Assembly: GCA_038131935.1 (NCBI GenBank)
Contig: JAYPQH010000027.1
Coordinates: forward strand, 1 to 64,000
DNA from: Alphaproteobacteria bacterium
GTDB taxonomy: Bacteria > Pseudomonadota > Alphaproteobacteria > UBA8317
Direction: 5' to 3'
Length of the DNA stretch: 64,000 nt
The notes under the pieces: model-generated
What the model saw: only the letters and a program-made list of their open reading frames with translations
Databases searched by the model: none
Told to the model about the DNA's origin: nothing
Program-made: the position numbers and the translations under genes
Part shown: piece after piece, positions 51,133-63,475 of the stretch
Layout of the letters: every line of letters starts with the position of its first letter
How positions within the stretch are numbered: position 1 is the stretch's first letter

Positions 51133-52775
51133 TTAAGGTGATGCGGCATATCAGGCTAGGTTCATTCAACCGACAGCAAAGAATTCCTAGTAGGCTTCAA
51201 CTGTTTGCCTTTATGTTTTCTTTGATGTGCTTAATCCTTATGGTGAGAACTGTAGAAATAACGGTTTCGTCGCGAGGCAGTGAAATTGGTTTGGCGCTCT
51301 CGACCACAGAATATTCACCCAGGCGTGATATTGTTGACCGTCACGGTCGTGTTTTGGCCACATCTGTTCCTGTAGCCTCTCTTTATGCGGACCCCCACCA
51401 TATTTTAGATCCTGTAGACGCTGCAGACAAACTTCATGGACTTTTCCCACATCTAGATAAGGTTGCCCTTGCGGCAGACCTAGCATCAAGAAAACGGTTT
51501 GTTTGGGTGGAGCGTAATCTTACACCAAAAATGCAGCAACGTGTGCGGGATTTATTTTTGCCAGGTTTGGGTTTTCAAAAAAATTATATGCGTATTTATC
51601 CACAAGGCCATCTTGCGGCCCATGTCTTGGGTTATGTCGGGTTGGACCAAGATGGCTTGGCGGGGGTGGAAAAATATTTTGACCAAGAACTGCGAGACAC
51701 AAGCAGCCAAGAGCCATTGCAGTTAAGTCTTGATACTGGCCTGCAATATATCGTGGAGGCCGAACTCCAACATGGTATTGAAACATATAGCGCAAAATCT
51801 GGGGCTGGTGTCATTTTAGACGTCCACACCGGGGAAGTTTTGGCGCTAGCTTCCGCTCCATCGTTTGATTCCAACCAGCCAGACCCAAGTTCTAGCCATG
51901 GTTTTAATCATGCCACACTTGGACGTTACGAACTTGGATCTGTTTTCAAACCGATCAATACAGCAATTGGTTTGGAATTAGGGGTTGTAACACCAAATAC
52001 TCTTATAGATGCCCGGGAACCTATCAAAGTAGGGCGAACAAGAATTCGTGATTATCATGCTAAGAACAAATGGATGACTGTTGCTGAAGTCTTAACCTAT
52101 TCATCAAATATTGGATCGGTGAAAATCGCACAACTATTTGGGTCGCAATTGCAGCAAGCGTTTTTTAACAAATTAGGCTTGTTGAAGGCGCCAACAATTG
52201 AATTGCCTGAAGTAACAGGTCCTGATCTTCCCAATGATTGGGATAAGCCGCATGATTTTGCAAGGGTATCATTCGGGCATAGTTTTACTCTTTCACCGCT
52301 GCATTTCACCCAAGCGATGTTGCCACTATTTAACGGTGGCTTTGTGGTGCCAGCTTCACTTCGAAAGGGCGGGGATATGGGGAACCGCGAGAGGGTTTTT
52401 TCAATCCGTACGACCCGGCAAATGCGGGCATTAATGCGGATGGTTGTTCTTCATGGATCTGGCCAGCGCGCAGATGTAGATGGTTTAGGGGTGATTGGTA
52501 AAACGGGTACCGCAGAAAAATACAATAGCAATGGGCGTATATCCTCCTTTGTTGGCGCTTTCCCAGCGCAGGATCCAAGATTTGTTGTGTTTATGATGTT
52601 GAATGAGCCTAAAGGAACCAAAGAAACGCATGGTTTCGCGACCGCGGGCTGGGTTACAGCACCCTTGGTCCGTTCCGTTGTTGCAAAAACGGCATCCATG
52701 CTGCGAATTGAATCAAATTTTGCCGAGCCGAGCACTGCAGGAACTGCTATTTCTTATGCGAATGGCGGTGGATAA
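51129..52775 (+). CDS. ftsI: penicillin-binding protein 3
   Basis: RRDIVDRHG, RIYPQG, GSVFK (SxxK), SSN, KTGT. Confidence 0.93.
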   Translation: MIKVMRHIRLGSFNRQQRIPSRLQLFAFMFSLMCLILMVRTVEITVSSRGSEIGLALSTTEYSPRRDIVDRHGRVLATSVPVASLYADPHHILDPVDAADKLHGLFPHLDKVALAADLASRKRFVWVERNLTPKMQQRVRDLFLPGLGFQKNYMRIYPQGHLAAHVLGYVGLDQDGLAGVEKYFDQELRDTSSQEPLQLSLDTGLQYIVEAELQHGIETYSAKSGAGVILDVHTGEVLALASAPSFDSNQPDPSSSHGFNHATLGRYELGSVFKPINTAIGLELGVVTPNTLIDAREPIKVGRTRIRDYHAKNKWMTVAEVLTYSSNIGSVKIAQLFGSQLQQAFFNKLGLLKAPTIELPEVTGPDLPNDWDKPHDFARVSFGHSFTLSPLHFTQAMLPLFNGGFVVPASLRKGGDMGNRERVFSIRTTRQMRALMRMVVLHGSGQRADVDGLGVIGKTGTAEKYNSNGRISSFVGAFPAQDPRFVVFMMLNEPKGTKETHGFATAGWVTAPLVRSVVAKTASMLRIESNFAEPSTAGTAISYANGGG

Positions 52776-54232
52776 TGGATGTTCATAGCTTTGTTTCCAC
52801 ATTAAAAAAAGGTGGTGTGGAATGCGAGGTCAGAGGAGATGATCACCTCATCTTAGAGGGCATCGCTGCCGATACCCGCTCTATGTTGGGTGTAAATATG
52901 TTCGTGGCTATTCCTGGATTGCGCTTTAATCCATTGGATTCACTGGATGCGATGTTTGCGGCTGGTATTCGTATTATTTTGTCCTCCCATTACGTTGACG
53001 ATGATCGTTTTACTTGGATTCTTGCGCCCTCTGACATCGGGCTTCTGAGCGCAGCAGCAGAGATTTGTTACCCTGAAAAGCCTCAGGTGATGGTGGGTGT
53101 GACGGGAACAAATGGCAAAACAACCGTGGTAGAGTTGATGCGTCAGTTGTGGGTTGGCCAAGGTATAAATGCGGCTTCATTAGGTACGTTGGGTCTTTGC
53201 GTTGCTGATCATGTGCCTGTACCTGGGCTTACAACACCTGATGCGTTGACACTTCGGCAAACTTTTCAAGAACTTGTCGCCCGTTCGGTATCACACCTAG
53301 CCATGGAAGTATCTAGTCATGGTTTGGATCAGGGACGTGTATCTGGGTTATGCTTTCAAGCTTCTGTTTTTACAAATTTATCCCAAGATCATTTGGATTA
53401 TCATCATGACATGGCGCAATATCTTGAAGCTAAGTTGCGCTTGTTGCGAGAGCATACCCAGGAAAATGCTTTGATTGTAACGGCCACCACTGGGTCTGTA
53501 GCTGCAAAGCTATCGGATGTCGCAAACAATGCAGGTCTCAGATTATGGAATTTACATGAACAAGATGAAAGAATGGGGTTTCGTACATATGGCCATTATT
53601 CGAATGGGACAGAAATTGAAATTCGTTTTGCAGGAAACATTTCGCGTGTTCTTGTGCCTTTTCTCCCTGGCTATCAATGTGAAAACCTCGCGCTAGCTGC
53701 AGCTTCATTGCTTGATTTGGGATTTCCTTTTGATGGAATGATGCAACTTTTACCATCGTTGAAGACCGCAAATGGTAGGCTTGAATATGTGGGTAAAACC
53801 CAAAGTGGTGGACAGGTATTTGTCGATTTTGCACATACAGCTGATGCATTAGAGAAGGTCCTTAAGACCCTTCGGGCAACAGAGAAATTCAAAAAAATTG
53901 GCCTTGTTTTTGGATGTGGTGGCAACCGTGATCAAGGCAAACGCCCACTTATGGGAAAGGTAGCGGGTGACTTGGCAGATTTTGTGATCATCACAGATGA
54001 TAACCCCCGACATGAAGATCCTCACAAGATCAGGCAAGAGATCGCTGTTTCATGTCCATCAGCTCAAATATGTGCAGATAGAAAGCAAGCCATTAGAGAA
54101 GGGTTAGATCAATTAGGCGCACAAGATGCCCTTCTGATTGCAGGAAAAGGGCATGAAACAGGCCAAATTTATGGGTCTGAATGCTTTCCGTTTAGCGACA
54201 AGGAGGTGGCGAGCCAATGGTTAGAGTCGTAA
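52775..54232 (+). CDS. murE: UDP-MurNAc-tripeptide synthetase
   Basis: GTNGKTT, MEVSSH, DHLDYH, DFAHT, DNPR (mDAP-type), GKGHE. Confidence 0.95.
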   Translation: MDVHSFVSTLKKGGVECEVRGDDHLILEGIAADTRSMLGVNMFVAIPGLRFNPLDSLDAMFAAGIRIILSSHYVDDDRFTWILAPSDIGLLSAAAEICYPEKPQVMVGVTGTNGKTTVVELMRQLWVGQGINAASLGTLGLCVADHVPVPGLTTPDALTLRQTFQELVARSVSHLAMEVSSHGLDQGRVSGLCFQASVFTNLSQDHLDYHHDMAQYLEAKLRLLREHTQENALIVTATTGSVAAKLSDVANNAGLRLWNLHEQDERMGFRTYGHYSNGTEIEIRFAGNISRVLVPFLPGYQCENLALAAASLLDLGFPFDGMMQLLPSLKTANGRLEYVGKTQSGGQVFVDFAHTADALEKVLKTLRATEKFKKIGLVFGCGGNRDQGKRPLMGKVAGDLADFVIITDDNPRHEDPHKIRQEIAVSCPSAQICADRKQAIREGLDQLGAQDALLIAGKGHETGQIYGSECFPFSDKEVASQWLES

Positions 54233-55620
54233 GTGAGCCGCAGACAGAAATATGGTCGCTGAGGCAGATTGCACAGATTGTTGGCGGAGAATTATGTGGC
54301 GAAGATCAAAAGCTATTTCATATCACCCAAGATAGTCGTTCATGTCAGAAGGGTAGCTTTTTTATACCTATTCAAGAACGTCGAGATGGTCATGATTTCG
54401 CTCAAGACGCTTTTGCGCGTGGTGCCGTGGGGGCCTTTTGGTCCTCCGACAAACCATGGCCTGATGGAATGTCTGTGGTGCGGGTTGATGATAGTTTTCA
54501 AGCTCTCAAGCAGCTCGCGCAAGCATCTGTTAACCGTCATAAAGGCCTGCGTATTGCCATTACAGGTAGTGTCGGAAAAACCACCACAAAAGACATGATG
54601 GCATTTTTGCTCAGCCCGTTTGTGAATGTCTATGCTGCGGATAAGTCTTTTAATAATCACCTTGGTGTTCCCTTGAGTTTGGTCAATATGCCTGTCTCAG
54701 CAAAATGTGCTATTTTTGAACTTGGAATGAATCACGCTGGTGAAATTAGACCTTTGGCAGAGATGGTGAAGCCGCAATTTGGGCTGGTGACCATGATTGC
54801 ACCAGCTCATATTGAGCAATTAGGTAGCCTTGAGGGAATCGCGAGAGAGAAACGTGAAATATTCGCCCCCCTGCAAAGGTCAGATCTTGCTTTTGTTCCC
54901 ATCGACAGTCCTATGTGTGAAATTTTACAAGAAAATATTACCTCGCAGATGGTAACTTTTGGGTCTTCGGCAGAAGCTGTCTATCAATGTGTCCCAGCCC
55001 ACACACATCATGGAAAAATGTCAGTGACCATAAGACAGCCAGGGCATACAACAACATGCCAACTTGAATTTATGGCGCCTCACCTTTGTGGATCCATTGC
55101 TGCGGCCATGGCGGTGGGGGATCAATTAAAGATAGAATTTAAAAGTTTGGTGGACCGTTTGGTCCGGTTTTCGTTACCTAAGGGGCGAGGTCGTGTTCAT
55201 AAACTGGAAGCACCTGTCCCGTTCGTTCTGATTGATGATGCTTATAACGCCAACCCTAGTTCTCTGCATGCAGCTATGGATGTTTTGTCCCTTTATGAGG
55301 GAAGAAAAATTGTTGTCTTTGGCGATATGTTAGAGCTTGGTGAGGCAACACAAGATGCACATACCGATGCCGTTCGACGAATCGCCAAAGATGGTATCGA
55401 TATAGCTTTATTGCTTGGAAGTCATTTTGCGGAGGCTGCGATGAAACTGGGAATGCAAATGGTAAATGTCTGCGCTGATCCTCATCATGCATGGAAATGG
55501 CTCGAAGGAAATCTTGAACCTCAAGATGTGGTTTTGATCAAGGGCTCTCATGCGAGCAATGTGCATGAAGTGGTTGATCACTTTATCAATCCATCTTCCC
55601 GCACAGGTTTGGTGTCATGA
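54217..55620 (+). CDS. murF: UDP-MurNAc-pentapeptide synthetase
   Basis: [40 protein letters not shown]. Confidence 0.95.
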   Translation: MVRVVSEPQTEIWSLRQIAQIVGGELCGEDQKLFHITQDSRSCQKGSFFIPIQERRDGHDFAQDAFARGAVGAFWSSDKPWPDGMSVVRVDDSFQALKQLAQASVNRHKGLRIAITGSVGKTTTKDMMAFLLSPFVNVYAADKSFNNHLGVPLSLVNMPVSAKCAIFELGMNHAGEIRPLAEMVKPQFGLVTMIAPAHIEQLGSLEGIAREKREIFAPLQRSDLAFVPIDSPMCEILQENITSQMVTFGSSAEAVYQCVPAHTHHGKMSVTIRQPGHTTTCQLEFMAPHLCGSIAAAMAVGDQLKIEFKSLVDRLVRFSLPKGRGRVHKLEAPVPFVLIDDAYNANPSSLHAAMDVLSLYEGRKIVVFGDMLELGEATQDAHTDAVRRIAKDGIDIALLLGSHFAEAAMKLGMQMVNVCADPHHAWKWLEGNLEPQDVVLIKGSHASNVHEVVDHFINPSSRTGLVS

Positions 55621-56705
55621 TACCTGAATTGTTTTTGCCGTGGGCATCAGAGTTCGGTGCTTTTAACGTATTGCGTTACATCACATTTCGCACTGGTGGT
55701 GCCATTATAACAGCATTGGTGATGAGTTTTGTGCTTGGTCCCTTTTTGATCAACATACTTCGCATGAAGCAAGGTAAGGGGCAACCCATCCGTGAGGATG
55801 GACCCCAGCGTCATATTGTTGAAAAACAAGGAACGCCAACAATGGGCGGCTTACTCATACTGGCCAGCGCCCTGTCTGCAACCCTGTTGTGGACGAATTT
55901 GTCGAATCCTTATGTTTGGGTTGTGATGCTGGTTACCCTTGCCTTTGGCCTTTTGGGTTTTGTGGATGATTATCAGAAAGTAACCAAAAGACATGCGGGT
56001 GGGCTTTCTGGTCGTTTGCGACTCTTCATCGGTGCTTGTGTTTCCGTATTGGCAGCAATCGTGGTGGTATATTTGGCACCTGAAGAATTATCCCAGCAAT
56101 TGGCGCTACCATTTTTTAAGGATAGTTTGGTTCCATTAGGGGTAGGCTTCTATTTCTTTGCAATTCTGGTCATCATGGGGTCAGCCAACGCTGTGAACCT
56201 CACTGATGGTTTGGACGGTTTGGCAATCGTGCCTGTGATGATTGCAGCGGCTAGTTTTGGTATCATTAGCTATTTGGTTGGTAATGTTATCTTTGCAGGA
56301 TACTTGCAAGTCCATTATGTCCCAGGTGCTGGAGAATTGGCCGTTTTCTGTGGAGCACTCATTGGAGCTGGGCTTGGATTTCTTTGGTTCAACGCTCCCC
56401 CTGCGATGATTTTTATGGGTGATACAGGATCGCTTGCCTTAGGTGGTGCGCTTGGCGCTATTGCTGTTGTCACACGTCATGAAATCGTTCTTGCCGTTAT
56501 TGGAGGCTTGTTTGTGCTTGAGGCTGTATCCGTGATGGTACAGGTGGCTAGTTTCAAATTGACGGGCAAGCGGGTTTTACGGATGGCTCCTATCCACCAT
56601 CATTTTGAACAATTGGGTTGGAAAGAACCCACGATTGTGATCCGGTTTTGGATCATTGCTGTCATTTTGGCCCTCATCGGTCTGTCTACCTTGAAGTTAC
56701 GCTGA
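55617..56705 (+). CDS. mraY: phospho-MurNAc-pentapeptide transferase
   Basis: [38 protein letters not shown]. Confidence 0.97.
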   Translation: MIPELFLPWASEFGAFNVLRYITFRTGGAIITALVMSFVLGPFLINILRMKQGKGQPIREDGPQRHIVEKQGTPTMGGLLILASALSATLLWTNLSNPYVWVVMLVTLAFGLLGFVDDYQKVTKRHAGGLSGRLRLFIGACVSVLAAIVVVYLAPEELSQQLALPFFKDSLVPLGVGFYFFAILVIMGSANAVNLTDGLDGLAIVPVMIAAASFGIISYLVGNVIFAGYLQVHYVPGAGELAVFCGALIGAGLGFLWFNAPPAMIFMGDTGSLALGGALGAIAVVTRHEIVLAVIGGLFVLEAVSVMVQVASFKLTGKRVLRMAPIHHHFEQLGWKEPTIVIRFWIIAVILALIGLSTLKLR

Positions 56706-58090
56706 TGGAAACAGATCCTCTTCATGACCAAAGATTTTATGTTTATGGACTAGGGGCTTCGGGTCTTGCGGTCGCAGACCATCTTAAAAGCAAGGGGGCG
56801 CGAGTATGGACGGGAGATGACGGTCCTGCCCGTCATCCTGCGTTACCCTTTGTGCCGTCTGATGAGGTTGATTGGGCAAAAGTAGACGTCTTGGTGCCTG
56901 CGCCTGGTCTCCCACATAGCCATCACGTGGTACAACAGGCACTGCAGCAGAATATAGCCGTCTTGGGTGAGTGTGAAATTTACGCTTGGTCACTGTTGCT
57001 CAGTGACCGGGCGCCAAGAGTGGTGGCGGTAACGGGAACCAATGGCAAATCAACGGTAACCGCGTTGATCGCGCATATCCTCAATAATGAGGAAAATAAG
57101 GTCGTCGCTGGTGGCAATCTTGGTGTGCCATTGCTTAAGTTGGATATGGGTGCTGATATCCACGTGGTAGAATTATCTTCTTTCCAATTGGACTTGCAGA
57201 CCAGTTTCGCCGCTGACGTCGCTGTATTGACGAATTTAGGTGTAGATCACCTCGATCGGCATGGTACGGTCGAACGTTATCATCAAGCCAAATTGACCTT
57301 GTTCCAGCAAACAGGAATGCAGGGGGGGCGATTGGTGCTTCCTTCTCAGGATTTGCCATCGCTTGGTTGGGTGGAGGAAGGGAAACTATCTCCAGTGGGA
57401 TGTTTTTATGTGGGCGAGGGACATCCTCAATCCGCACTCTATTTTGATGGCGATTGTCTTGTTCACCAAGGTCGTTCTTTACCTGTGGTGATCCCTTTAA
57501 GCCTCAAGGGTGAGCACAACAAACAAAATATTCTTAACGCTTTGGCGGCTGGTTTGTGTCTTGGATATGACTTGGAGCGCTTGTTGGTAAAGTTGGCCAG
57601 CTTTCCAGGGTTGGAGCATAGGTTGGAATATCTTGGTGCAAAGCGCGGTGTCCAATTTGTGAATGATTCCAAGGCAACCAATGCCACATCAGCATGTTGG
57701 GCCTTGCGTGCATGGCCAAATGCATATTGGCTGGTAGGCGGACTGGCCAAAAAAGAAGATTATCAACCTCTGGTTGATGTCGCACGGGACATGCATGCGC
57801 GGGCATTTTGTTTTGGTCATGATGGCGCAATGTTGGCAGGATTGTTGGATGGCTCTGTTCCAACACGGTTGTGTGATACATTGGACGAGGCATTCAAACT
57901 TGCGACACAACAGGCCATTTGTGATGGCGGTGGCGTCGTGTTGCTGGCGCCAGGATGTGCCTCCTTTGATGCGTTTGAGCATTTCGCACATCGAGGCCAA
58001 TTCTTCAAAGACTTGGTAAGGGGGAAACATGGTAAGCGTTTTATCTCGTGCTCAAGATGGTATGCTCGCCAAATGGTGGTGGTCTGTTGA
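56705..58090 (+). CDS. murD: UDP-MurNAc-L-Ala:D-Glu ligase
   Basis: GLGASG, GTNGKST, ELSSFQL, NDSKATN, APGCASFD. Confidence 0.95.
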   Translation: METDPLHDQRFYVYGLGASGLAVADHLKSKGARVWTGDDGPARHPALPFVPSDEVDWAKVDVLVPAPGLPHSHHVVQQALQQNIAVLGECEIYAWSLLLSDRAPRVVAVTGTNGKSTVTALIAHILNNEENKVVAGGNLGVPLLKLDMGADIHVVELSSFQLDLQTSFAADVAVLTNLGVDHLDRHGTVERYHQAKLTLFQQTGMQGGRLVLPSQDLPSLGWVEEGKLSPVGCFYVGEGHPQSALYFDGDCLVHQGRSLPVVIPLSLKGEHNKQNILNALAAGLCLGYDLERLLVKLASFPGLEHRLEYLGAKRGVQFVNDSKATNATSACWALRAWPNAYWLVGGLAKKEDYQPLVDVARDMHARAFCFGHDGAMLAGLLDGSVPTRLCDTLDEAFKLATQQAICDGGGVVLLAPGCASFDAFEHFAHRGQFFKDLVRGKHGKRFISCSRWYARQMVVVC

Positions 58091-59158
58091 CCGCTGGGGT
58101 TTGGCTGGAATTATTTTTCTGATGGTATTGGGGCTAATCATGGGATTGGCAGCATCTCCCTCTATTGCACAGCAAAAGGGGTTGCCTGAATATTTCTTTT
58201 TTCAGCGGCAACTTATTTTTGCATTCCTCGGGCTGTTTGTGATGTTGGTCTGTTCCTTACTGTCACCTGTAGGTGTACGCCGTTTAGGTTATGCACTGCT
58301 TGGCATATTTGGCTTGGCGTTGATTTTAACATTGCTCACGGGAAGTGAGATCAAAGGGGCGCGCCGATGGCTAAATCTTGGTTTTTTATCCTTGCAGCCT
58401 TCTGAATTTATTAAGCCGGCGTTAATTATTATTTCGGCTGATCTCATGAGTAGAACCCAAAAGTCTGGGGACGGGTTGATCCCACTTTGGTATCGCTTAT
58501 GGGGCTTGTAGCTTGTGCACTTTTGCTCATGATGCAGCCTGATATTGGGCAAATGGTGCTGATAAGTTCAGCATGGGTAGGGCTTCTATTTTTATCTGGT
58601 GTTCGTTTGGTATGGGCCGGTTTGATGCTGCCAGTTGGTGGGCTGGTTATTTCATTTGCTTACTTGATGTTTGATCATGTGCAAAAACGAATTGATGCCT
58701 TTTTAGACCCTGTTCATGTTGGCAATTTTCAGGTTAACCGCGCTTTAGATGCGGCAGCTCATGGTGGTTGGTTTGGTGTGGGGCCAGGTGAGGGTATCCT
58801 CAAATTAAGTTTGCCCGACGCGCATACAGATTTTATTTTTGCTGTTGCACTTGAGGAATTTGGCTTCTTGGCATGCATGCTGATTGTTGGCAGCTTTGCG
58901 TTGATTGTTTTGCGTTCAGTCTATCGCGCAAGCAGCACGCAGGGTGTGTTTACGCAGCTTGCCGTGGGAGGCTTATCATTGCTGATTGGATTGCAAGCGT
59001 TTTTAAACATGGCCGTGAACCTGGGTATGTTGCCTGCCACAGGTATGACCTTGCCATTTATTTCTTATGGCGGAACCAGCTTGCTCGCATCAGCAATTTC
59101 CGTAGGCCTACTCTTGGCTTTAACCAGACGACGTCCTGGTTTTGTGGAGCCTATTTGA
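58029..59158 (+). CDS. ftsW: SEDS peptidoglycan polymerase FtsW (frameshift near 58488)
   Basis: GARRW and QPSEFIKP in ORF 1; QPDIG, LPDAHTDFIFAV, LPFISYGGTS in ORF 2. Confidence 0.92.
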
Positions 59159-60234
59159 TGACGCGTCCTATTTGTTTGGTGGCTGGAGGGACAGGTGGTC
59201 ATGTATTCCCAGCAGCAGCAACTGCTGATGCGTTGAAAAAGCGTGGAGCCAACGTTGTTTTTTTAACAGATCAACGAGGCAAGGTATATTTTTCGCCCAG
59301 GGATGATAATGTTGTTACCCTATCAGCCGCAACCCCAACTGGCCGATCTGGAATAAAGCGATGGCTAGCTTATACAGGGGTGGTTTGGGCGATGTTACAA
59401 AGTTTTCTGGTTTTTTTGCGATTTCGCCCAATGCTCGTCGTAGGATTTGGAGGTTATCCATCATTCGCACCCTGCAAAGCTGCTCAAATCATGGGAATAC
59501 CAACAGTCCTTCACGAGCAGAACGCGGTATTGGGGCGGGCCAATCGCTCTTTGTTCTCATCAGCTCATGCCCTGGCTGTATCGTTTGAAGATACGATTGG
59601 ACTAACAAGGCGTGAGAAAATTCATGTTACAGGAAACCCTGTACGCTATACACCTATACCTAAGTCCAGACAAACAAAGGGTGCCCTGACCTTGTCTATC
59701 TTTGCAGGCTCACAAGGCGCTCAGTTTTTTGGCTTGCCTCTAGCACAATGCTTGCTCCCTCTTCTTGAGCCCTTTTCAGCCAAACTTTTCGTTAACCATC
59801 AAGTGCGATCAGAAGATTGCGCGGACGTCATCAAGCTGTACCAAAAATATAATATCCGGGCAGATATAGCGCCTTTTTTTGATGATTTGCCACAGCGCCT
59901 TCATGACACAGATTTTGCAATTTGCCGTTCTGGCGCATCAACGGTCGCTGAATTGGCCAATCACCAAGTGCCCGCGCTACTGATCCCGTTGCCTGGTGGT
60001 TTGGACGCGCAGCAGGCAGAAAATGCAAAGTTGCTTATGGCTTCAGGTGGTGCACGTTTGTTGGAACAAGATCAGGTGCAAACAAAGACATTAGAGGCCA
60101 ATCTTCATGACTGGCTAAATGACCCCTCTTCCATACATGCCGCGTCTGAGGCCTTGAGTGGATTGGCTCGTCCATCCGCCGCTGATGATCTCGCTGATAT
60201 TATATTCGCAACCATAAGGATGTCTCATGAATAG
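59158..60234 (+). CDS. murG: undecaprenyl-PP-MurNAc-pentapeptide GlcNAc transferase
   Basis: [34 protein letters not shown]. Confidence 0.96.
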   Translation: MTRPICLVAGGTGGHVFPAAATADALKKRGANVVFLTDQRGKVYFSPRDDNVVTLSAATPTGRSGIKRWLAYTGVVWAMLQSFLVFLRFRPMLVVGFGGYPSFAPCKAAQIMGIPTVLHEQNAVLGRANRSLFSSAHALAVSFEDTIGLTRREKIHVTGNPVRYTPIPKSRQTKGALTLSIFAGSQGAQFFGLPLAQCLLPLLEPFSAKLFVNHQVRSEDCADVIKLYQKYNIRADIAPFFDDLPQRLHDTDFAICRSGASTVAELANHQVPALLIPLPGGLDAQQAENAKLLMASGGARLLEQDQVQTKTLEANLHDWLNDPSSIHAASEALSGLARPSAADDLADIIFATIRMSHE

Positions 60235-61633
60235 TTTTTCGTTGGAAATTGGTATTATTCATTTTGTGGGAATAGGCGGCATTGGCATGTCTGGTATTGC
60301 TGAGGTTATGCATAACCTTGGGTATAAGGTGCAGGGTTCCGATATCGCTGAAGGGGCCAATGTACAACGGTTGCAAGCTATGGGCATCAATGTTTTTATA
60401 GGTCAGCGTCGGGAACATATTACAGATGCATCCGTGGTTGTGGTGTCCTCTGCAATCACCAAAGATAATCTTGAACTACAAGAGGCGAGGGCGCGTTTTA
60501 TTCCGGTGGTGCGTCGCGCTGAAATGCTGGCTGAGTTGATGCGATTGCGTTCGGCGATTGCTGTTGGTGGGACCCATGGGAAAACCACAACGACATCCAT
60601 GGTTGCCACGCTTCTTGATGGTGGTGGACTTGATCCTACCGTCATCAATGGGGGTATTATCAATGCTTATGGAACCAACGCACGTCTTGGCGAAGGCGCG
60701 TGGGTTGTGGCTGAGGCTGATGAATCCGATGGAACTTTTATCAAGTTACCTGCCACCATCGCTGTTGTAACCAATATTGATCCTGAACATTTGGATCATT
60801 ATGGAAGTTTTGATCGCATGCGCTTGGCTTTTCAACAATTTGTTGAAAATGTACCCTTTTATGGTTGTGCTGTGATGTGCACTGACCACCCAGAGGTCAT
60901 CAAGTTGGTTGGTAGTGTCACCGACAGGCGTATCGTAACCTATGGTTTTAACCCACAAGCTGACGTACGCGCCATGAATGCACAATGGAAAAACGACATC
61001 ATGACCTTTGACGTTGTGCTGGCGGACCGACGCCGCAAAACACAGATGCGTCTGGATGGTCTGGGAATTCCCATGCCCGGCTTGCATAATGTGCAAAATG
61101 CATTGGCTGCCATTGCAGTGGCATGTGAATTGGGAATCTCTCATGAAAATATTCGATCCTCCTTATCTGGGTTCGGTGGTGTTAACCGTCGTTTCACGAA
61201 GGTAGGTGTGTGGAATAATGTTGCGATCATTGATGATTACGGCCATCACCCCGTTGAGATTTCGTCTGTATTATTGGCAGCCCGGCAAGCATCCCAAGGG
61301 CGTGTTATTGCGGTTGTTCAGCCTCATCGCTATTCGCGACTGGCAGCCCTTTTCGAGGATTTTTGTATTTCTTTATCAGAAGCAGATGAGGTTATTGTGG
61401 CTGATGTTTACCCAGCAGGTGAAGATCCTATTGCTGGTGCAAGTCGTGATGATTTGGTGTTTGCCTTGGAGAGTCGAGGGCATCGCTCCGTGGTGGGTTT
61501 AGAGGATGCTGAAGATCTACCCGCACTTATTCGCGCTCGGGCTCGTCCTGGCGATTTGGTGATTTTTTTGGGTGCAGGTTCTATCACGCAATGGGCAAAG
61601 GCGCTTCCTGGACAACTTGCAGCGGGCAGTTGA
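60227..61633 (+). CDS. murC: UDP-MurNAc:L-Ala ligase
   Basis: [37 protein letters not shown]. Confidence 0.97.
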   Translation: MNSFSLEIGIIHFVGIGGIGMSGIAEVMHNLGYKVQGSDIAEGANVQRLQAMGINVFIGQRREHITDASVVVVSSAITKDNLELQEARARFIPVVRRAEMLAELMRLRSAIAVGGTHGKTTTTSMVATLLDGGGLDPTVINGGIINAYGTNARLGEGAWVVAEADESDGTFIKLPATIAVVTNIDPEHLDHYGSFDRMRLAFQQFVENVPFYGCAVMCTDHPEVIKLVGSVTDRRIVTYGFNPQADVRAMNAQWKNDIMTFDVVLADRRRKTQMRLDGLGIPMPGLHNVQNALAAIAVACELGISHENIRSSLSGFGGVNRRFTKVGVWNNVAIIDDYGHHPVEISSVLLAARQASQGRVIAVVQPHRYSRLAALFEDFCISLSEADEVIVADVYPAGEDPIAGASRDDLVFALESRGHRSVVGLEDAEDLPALIRARARPGDLVIFLGAGSITQWAKALPGQLAAGS

Positions 61634-61634
61634 T

Positions 61635-62570
61635 ATGACACTCAATAAGATTTTGATGACATCAGAGGATCATATAAAAATAGAAGAATTTAAAGATCTG
61701 TCTTCGTTACAGTTGGTTCCGCGTGGGTGGTAAAGCAAGATGGTTCGCGCAATTGCAGGATGAGAAGGCGTTGCATAGATTATGGGAAGTGAAACCGGAG
61801 TCTGTCCCGGTTACCCATCTCGGCGCGGGATCTAACGTAATTGTCCGTGATGGTGGAATCGATGGTCTTGTGGTTCGTCTAGGGCGTGGCTTTCGAGAGA
61901 TAGAGCAACTCTCAAGTTCACAAATACGTGTTGGTGCAGGTAATCTTTGTGCTCAAGTTGCCGGTAAGGCTCAACGCATGGGCCTATCTGGTGTGGAATA
62001 TCTTGCCACAATTCCAGGCACAATTGGTGGTGCAACGGTCATGAATGCTGGCGCTTATGGTGGCAGTTTTCATGAACGGGTGGTTTCAGTGGAAGGGATC
62101 AATGCAAATGGGGTTATCGTAACCTTGACGCCCCAAGATATCCAAGCAGGCTATCGTTGTACAAATATTCCAACTGATGTCTTGGTGACCCATGTGGTCT
62201 TGGATTTAGAGCCAGGAAACCCTGACGTCATTACAAGACAAATTGATCATTTTATCGAGCAACGCAAAAAAACTCAGCCTATTAGGGCTAAAACAGGTGG
62301 CTCTACGTTTAAAAACCCTGTCCCCCTCAATGGCGGTGAGATCAAAAGGCTTGGCAACTTGTTGATGAAGCTGGTTGCAGGGGGCTTTATCACAAAGGTA
62401 TCAGGGTAAGTGAAAAACATTGTAATTTTTTAATTAACGAAGATGCCACATCTGCCAATGCGATCGAAGAGCTTGGAGACATGGTGCGAGACAGGGTATA
62501 CCAGCAGTCAGGTGTTCGTTTGGAATGGGAGATCAAACGACTTGGGTCTAAGCAGGAGGGAAAGTTGTGA
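61635..62570 (+). CDS. murB: UDP-N-acetylenolpyruvoylglucosamine reductase (frameshifts near 61707 and 62345)
   Basis: [34 protein letters not shown]; the alternative frame gives [13 protein letters not shown]...[10 protein letters not shown]...LEWEIKRLG to TGA at 62570. Confidence 0.9.
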
Positions 62571-63475
62571 ACCCGCAAAAAGTCATAGTCCTGCTTGGTG
62601 GAACATCATCAGAAAAAGAGGTTTCGTTGGTCAGTGGACATGCCTGTGCAGATGCATTGAGACGATTAGGGCATGATGTAACTGTGTTTGATCCTGGTAT
62701 AGAGCATATCGGTAATTTGCTGCAGCATCGGCCTGCAATTGTTTTTAATGCGCTACATGGCGTGCCCGGGGAAGATGGGGTTGTTCAGGGGCTGCTTGAA
62801 ACACTAGGGTTTGCCTACACGCATTCAGGCGTCAACGCCTCATCCGTATGTATGAACAAATACCAAAGTCGTGAATTGTTGCGTGCTGCAGGTTTAAACG
62901 TAGCACATGCAGTTCGCGGACGTTGGGAAGATCTTGTAAACGAACCTCATCTACCATTTCCATTTGTTCTTAAACCTGTCTGTGATGGATCAAGTGTGGG
63001 GGTCTACATCATCAAAGATGGTCATGATTGGCAGCATTTGGATCGGTTTGCCCAGGCCAGTGATGCAGATTTTTTATGTGAAGCATTTATTGATGGTCCT
63101 GAATATACCGTTGCGGTCTTGGGTGGTCGGGCTTTGGAGGTGACGGAAATATCCGTTCAAAAAGGATTTTATGATTACCAGGCCAAATATGCACCAGGTG
63201 GATCGAAACATACATGTCCTGCAATCATATCACCGGCTTTGCGTGATGAATGCATGAAGGCCGCCGAGCTTGCTCATCATGCTCTTGGTTGTCGAGGTGT
63301 CAGCCGTACAGATTTTCGTTTTGACTCCATCCGCCAACAACTCCAAGTTTTAGAAATAAATACCCAACCAGGAATGACACCAACTTCACTGGTACCTGAG
63401 CAAGCTGAGTATGTAGGCATGGGATTTGATCAACTCGTGGCGTGGATTTTGGAGGATGCTTCATGTCAAAGATAG
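62567..63475 (+). CDS. ddl: D-alanine--D-alanine ligase
   Basis: [42 protein letters not shown]. Confidence 0.96.
   Translation: MNPQKVIVLLGGTSSEKEVSLVSGHACADALRRLGHDVTVFDPGIEHIGNLLQHRPAIVFNALHGVPGEDGVVQGLLETLGFAYTHSGVNASSVCMNKYQSRELLRAAGLNVAHAVRGRWEDLVNEPHLPFPFVLKPVCDGSSVGVYIIKDGHDWQHLDRFAQASDADFLCEAFIDGPEYTVAVLGGRALEVTEISVQKGFYDYQAKYAPGGSKHTCPAIISPALRDECMKAAELAHHALGCRGVSRTDFRFDSIRQQLQVLEINTQPGMTPTSLVPEQAEYVGMGFDQLVAWILEDASCQR

Noticed and set aside
58029-58090. 62-nt murD/ftsW overlap as a special feature
   Set aside because: Could be a simple C-terminal extension or another indel; nothing else supports a function.
58029-62570. Pseudogenisation or programmed frameshifting of ftsW and murB
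   Set aside because: The rest of the dcw cluster is intact, and the breaks match the indel pattern seen across the window.
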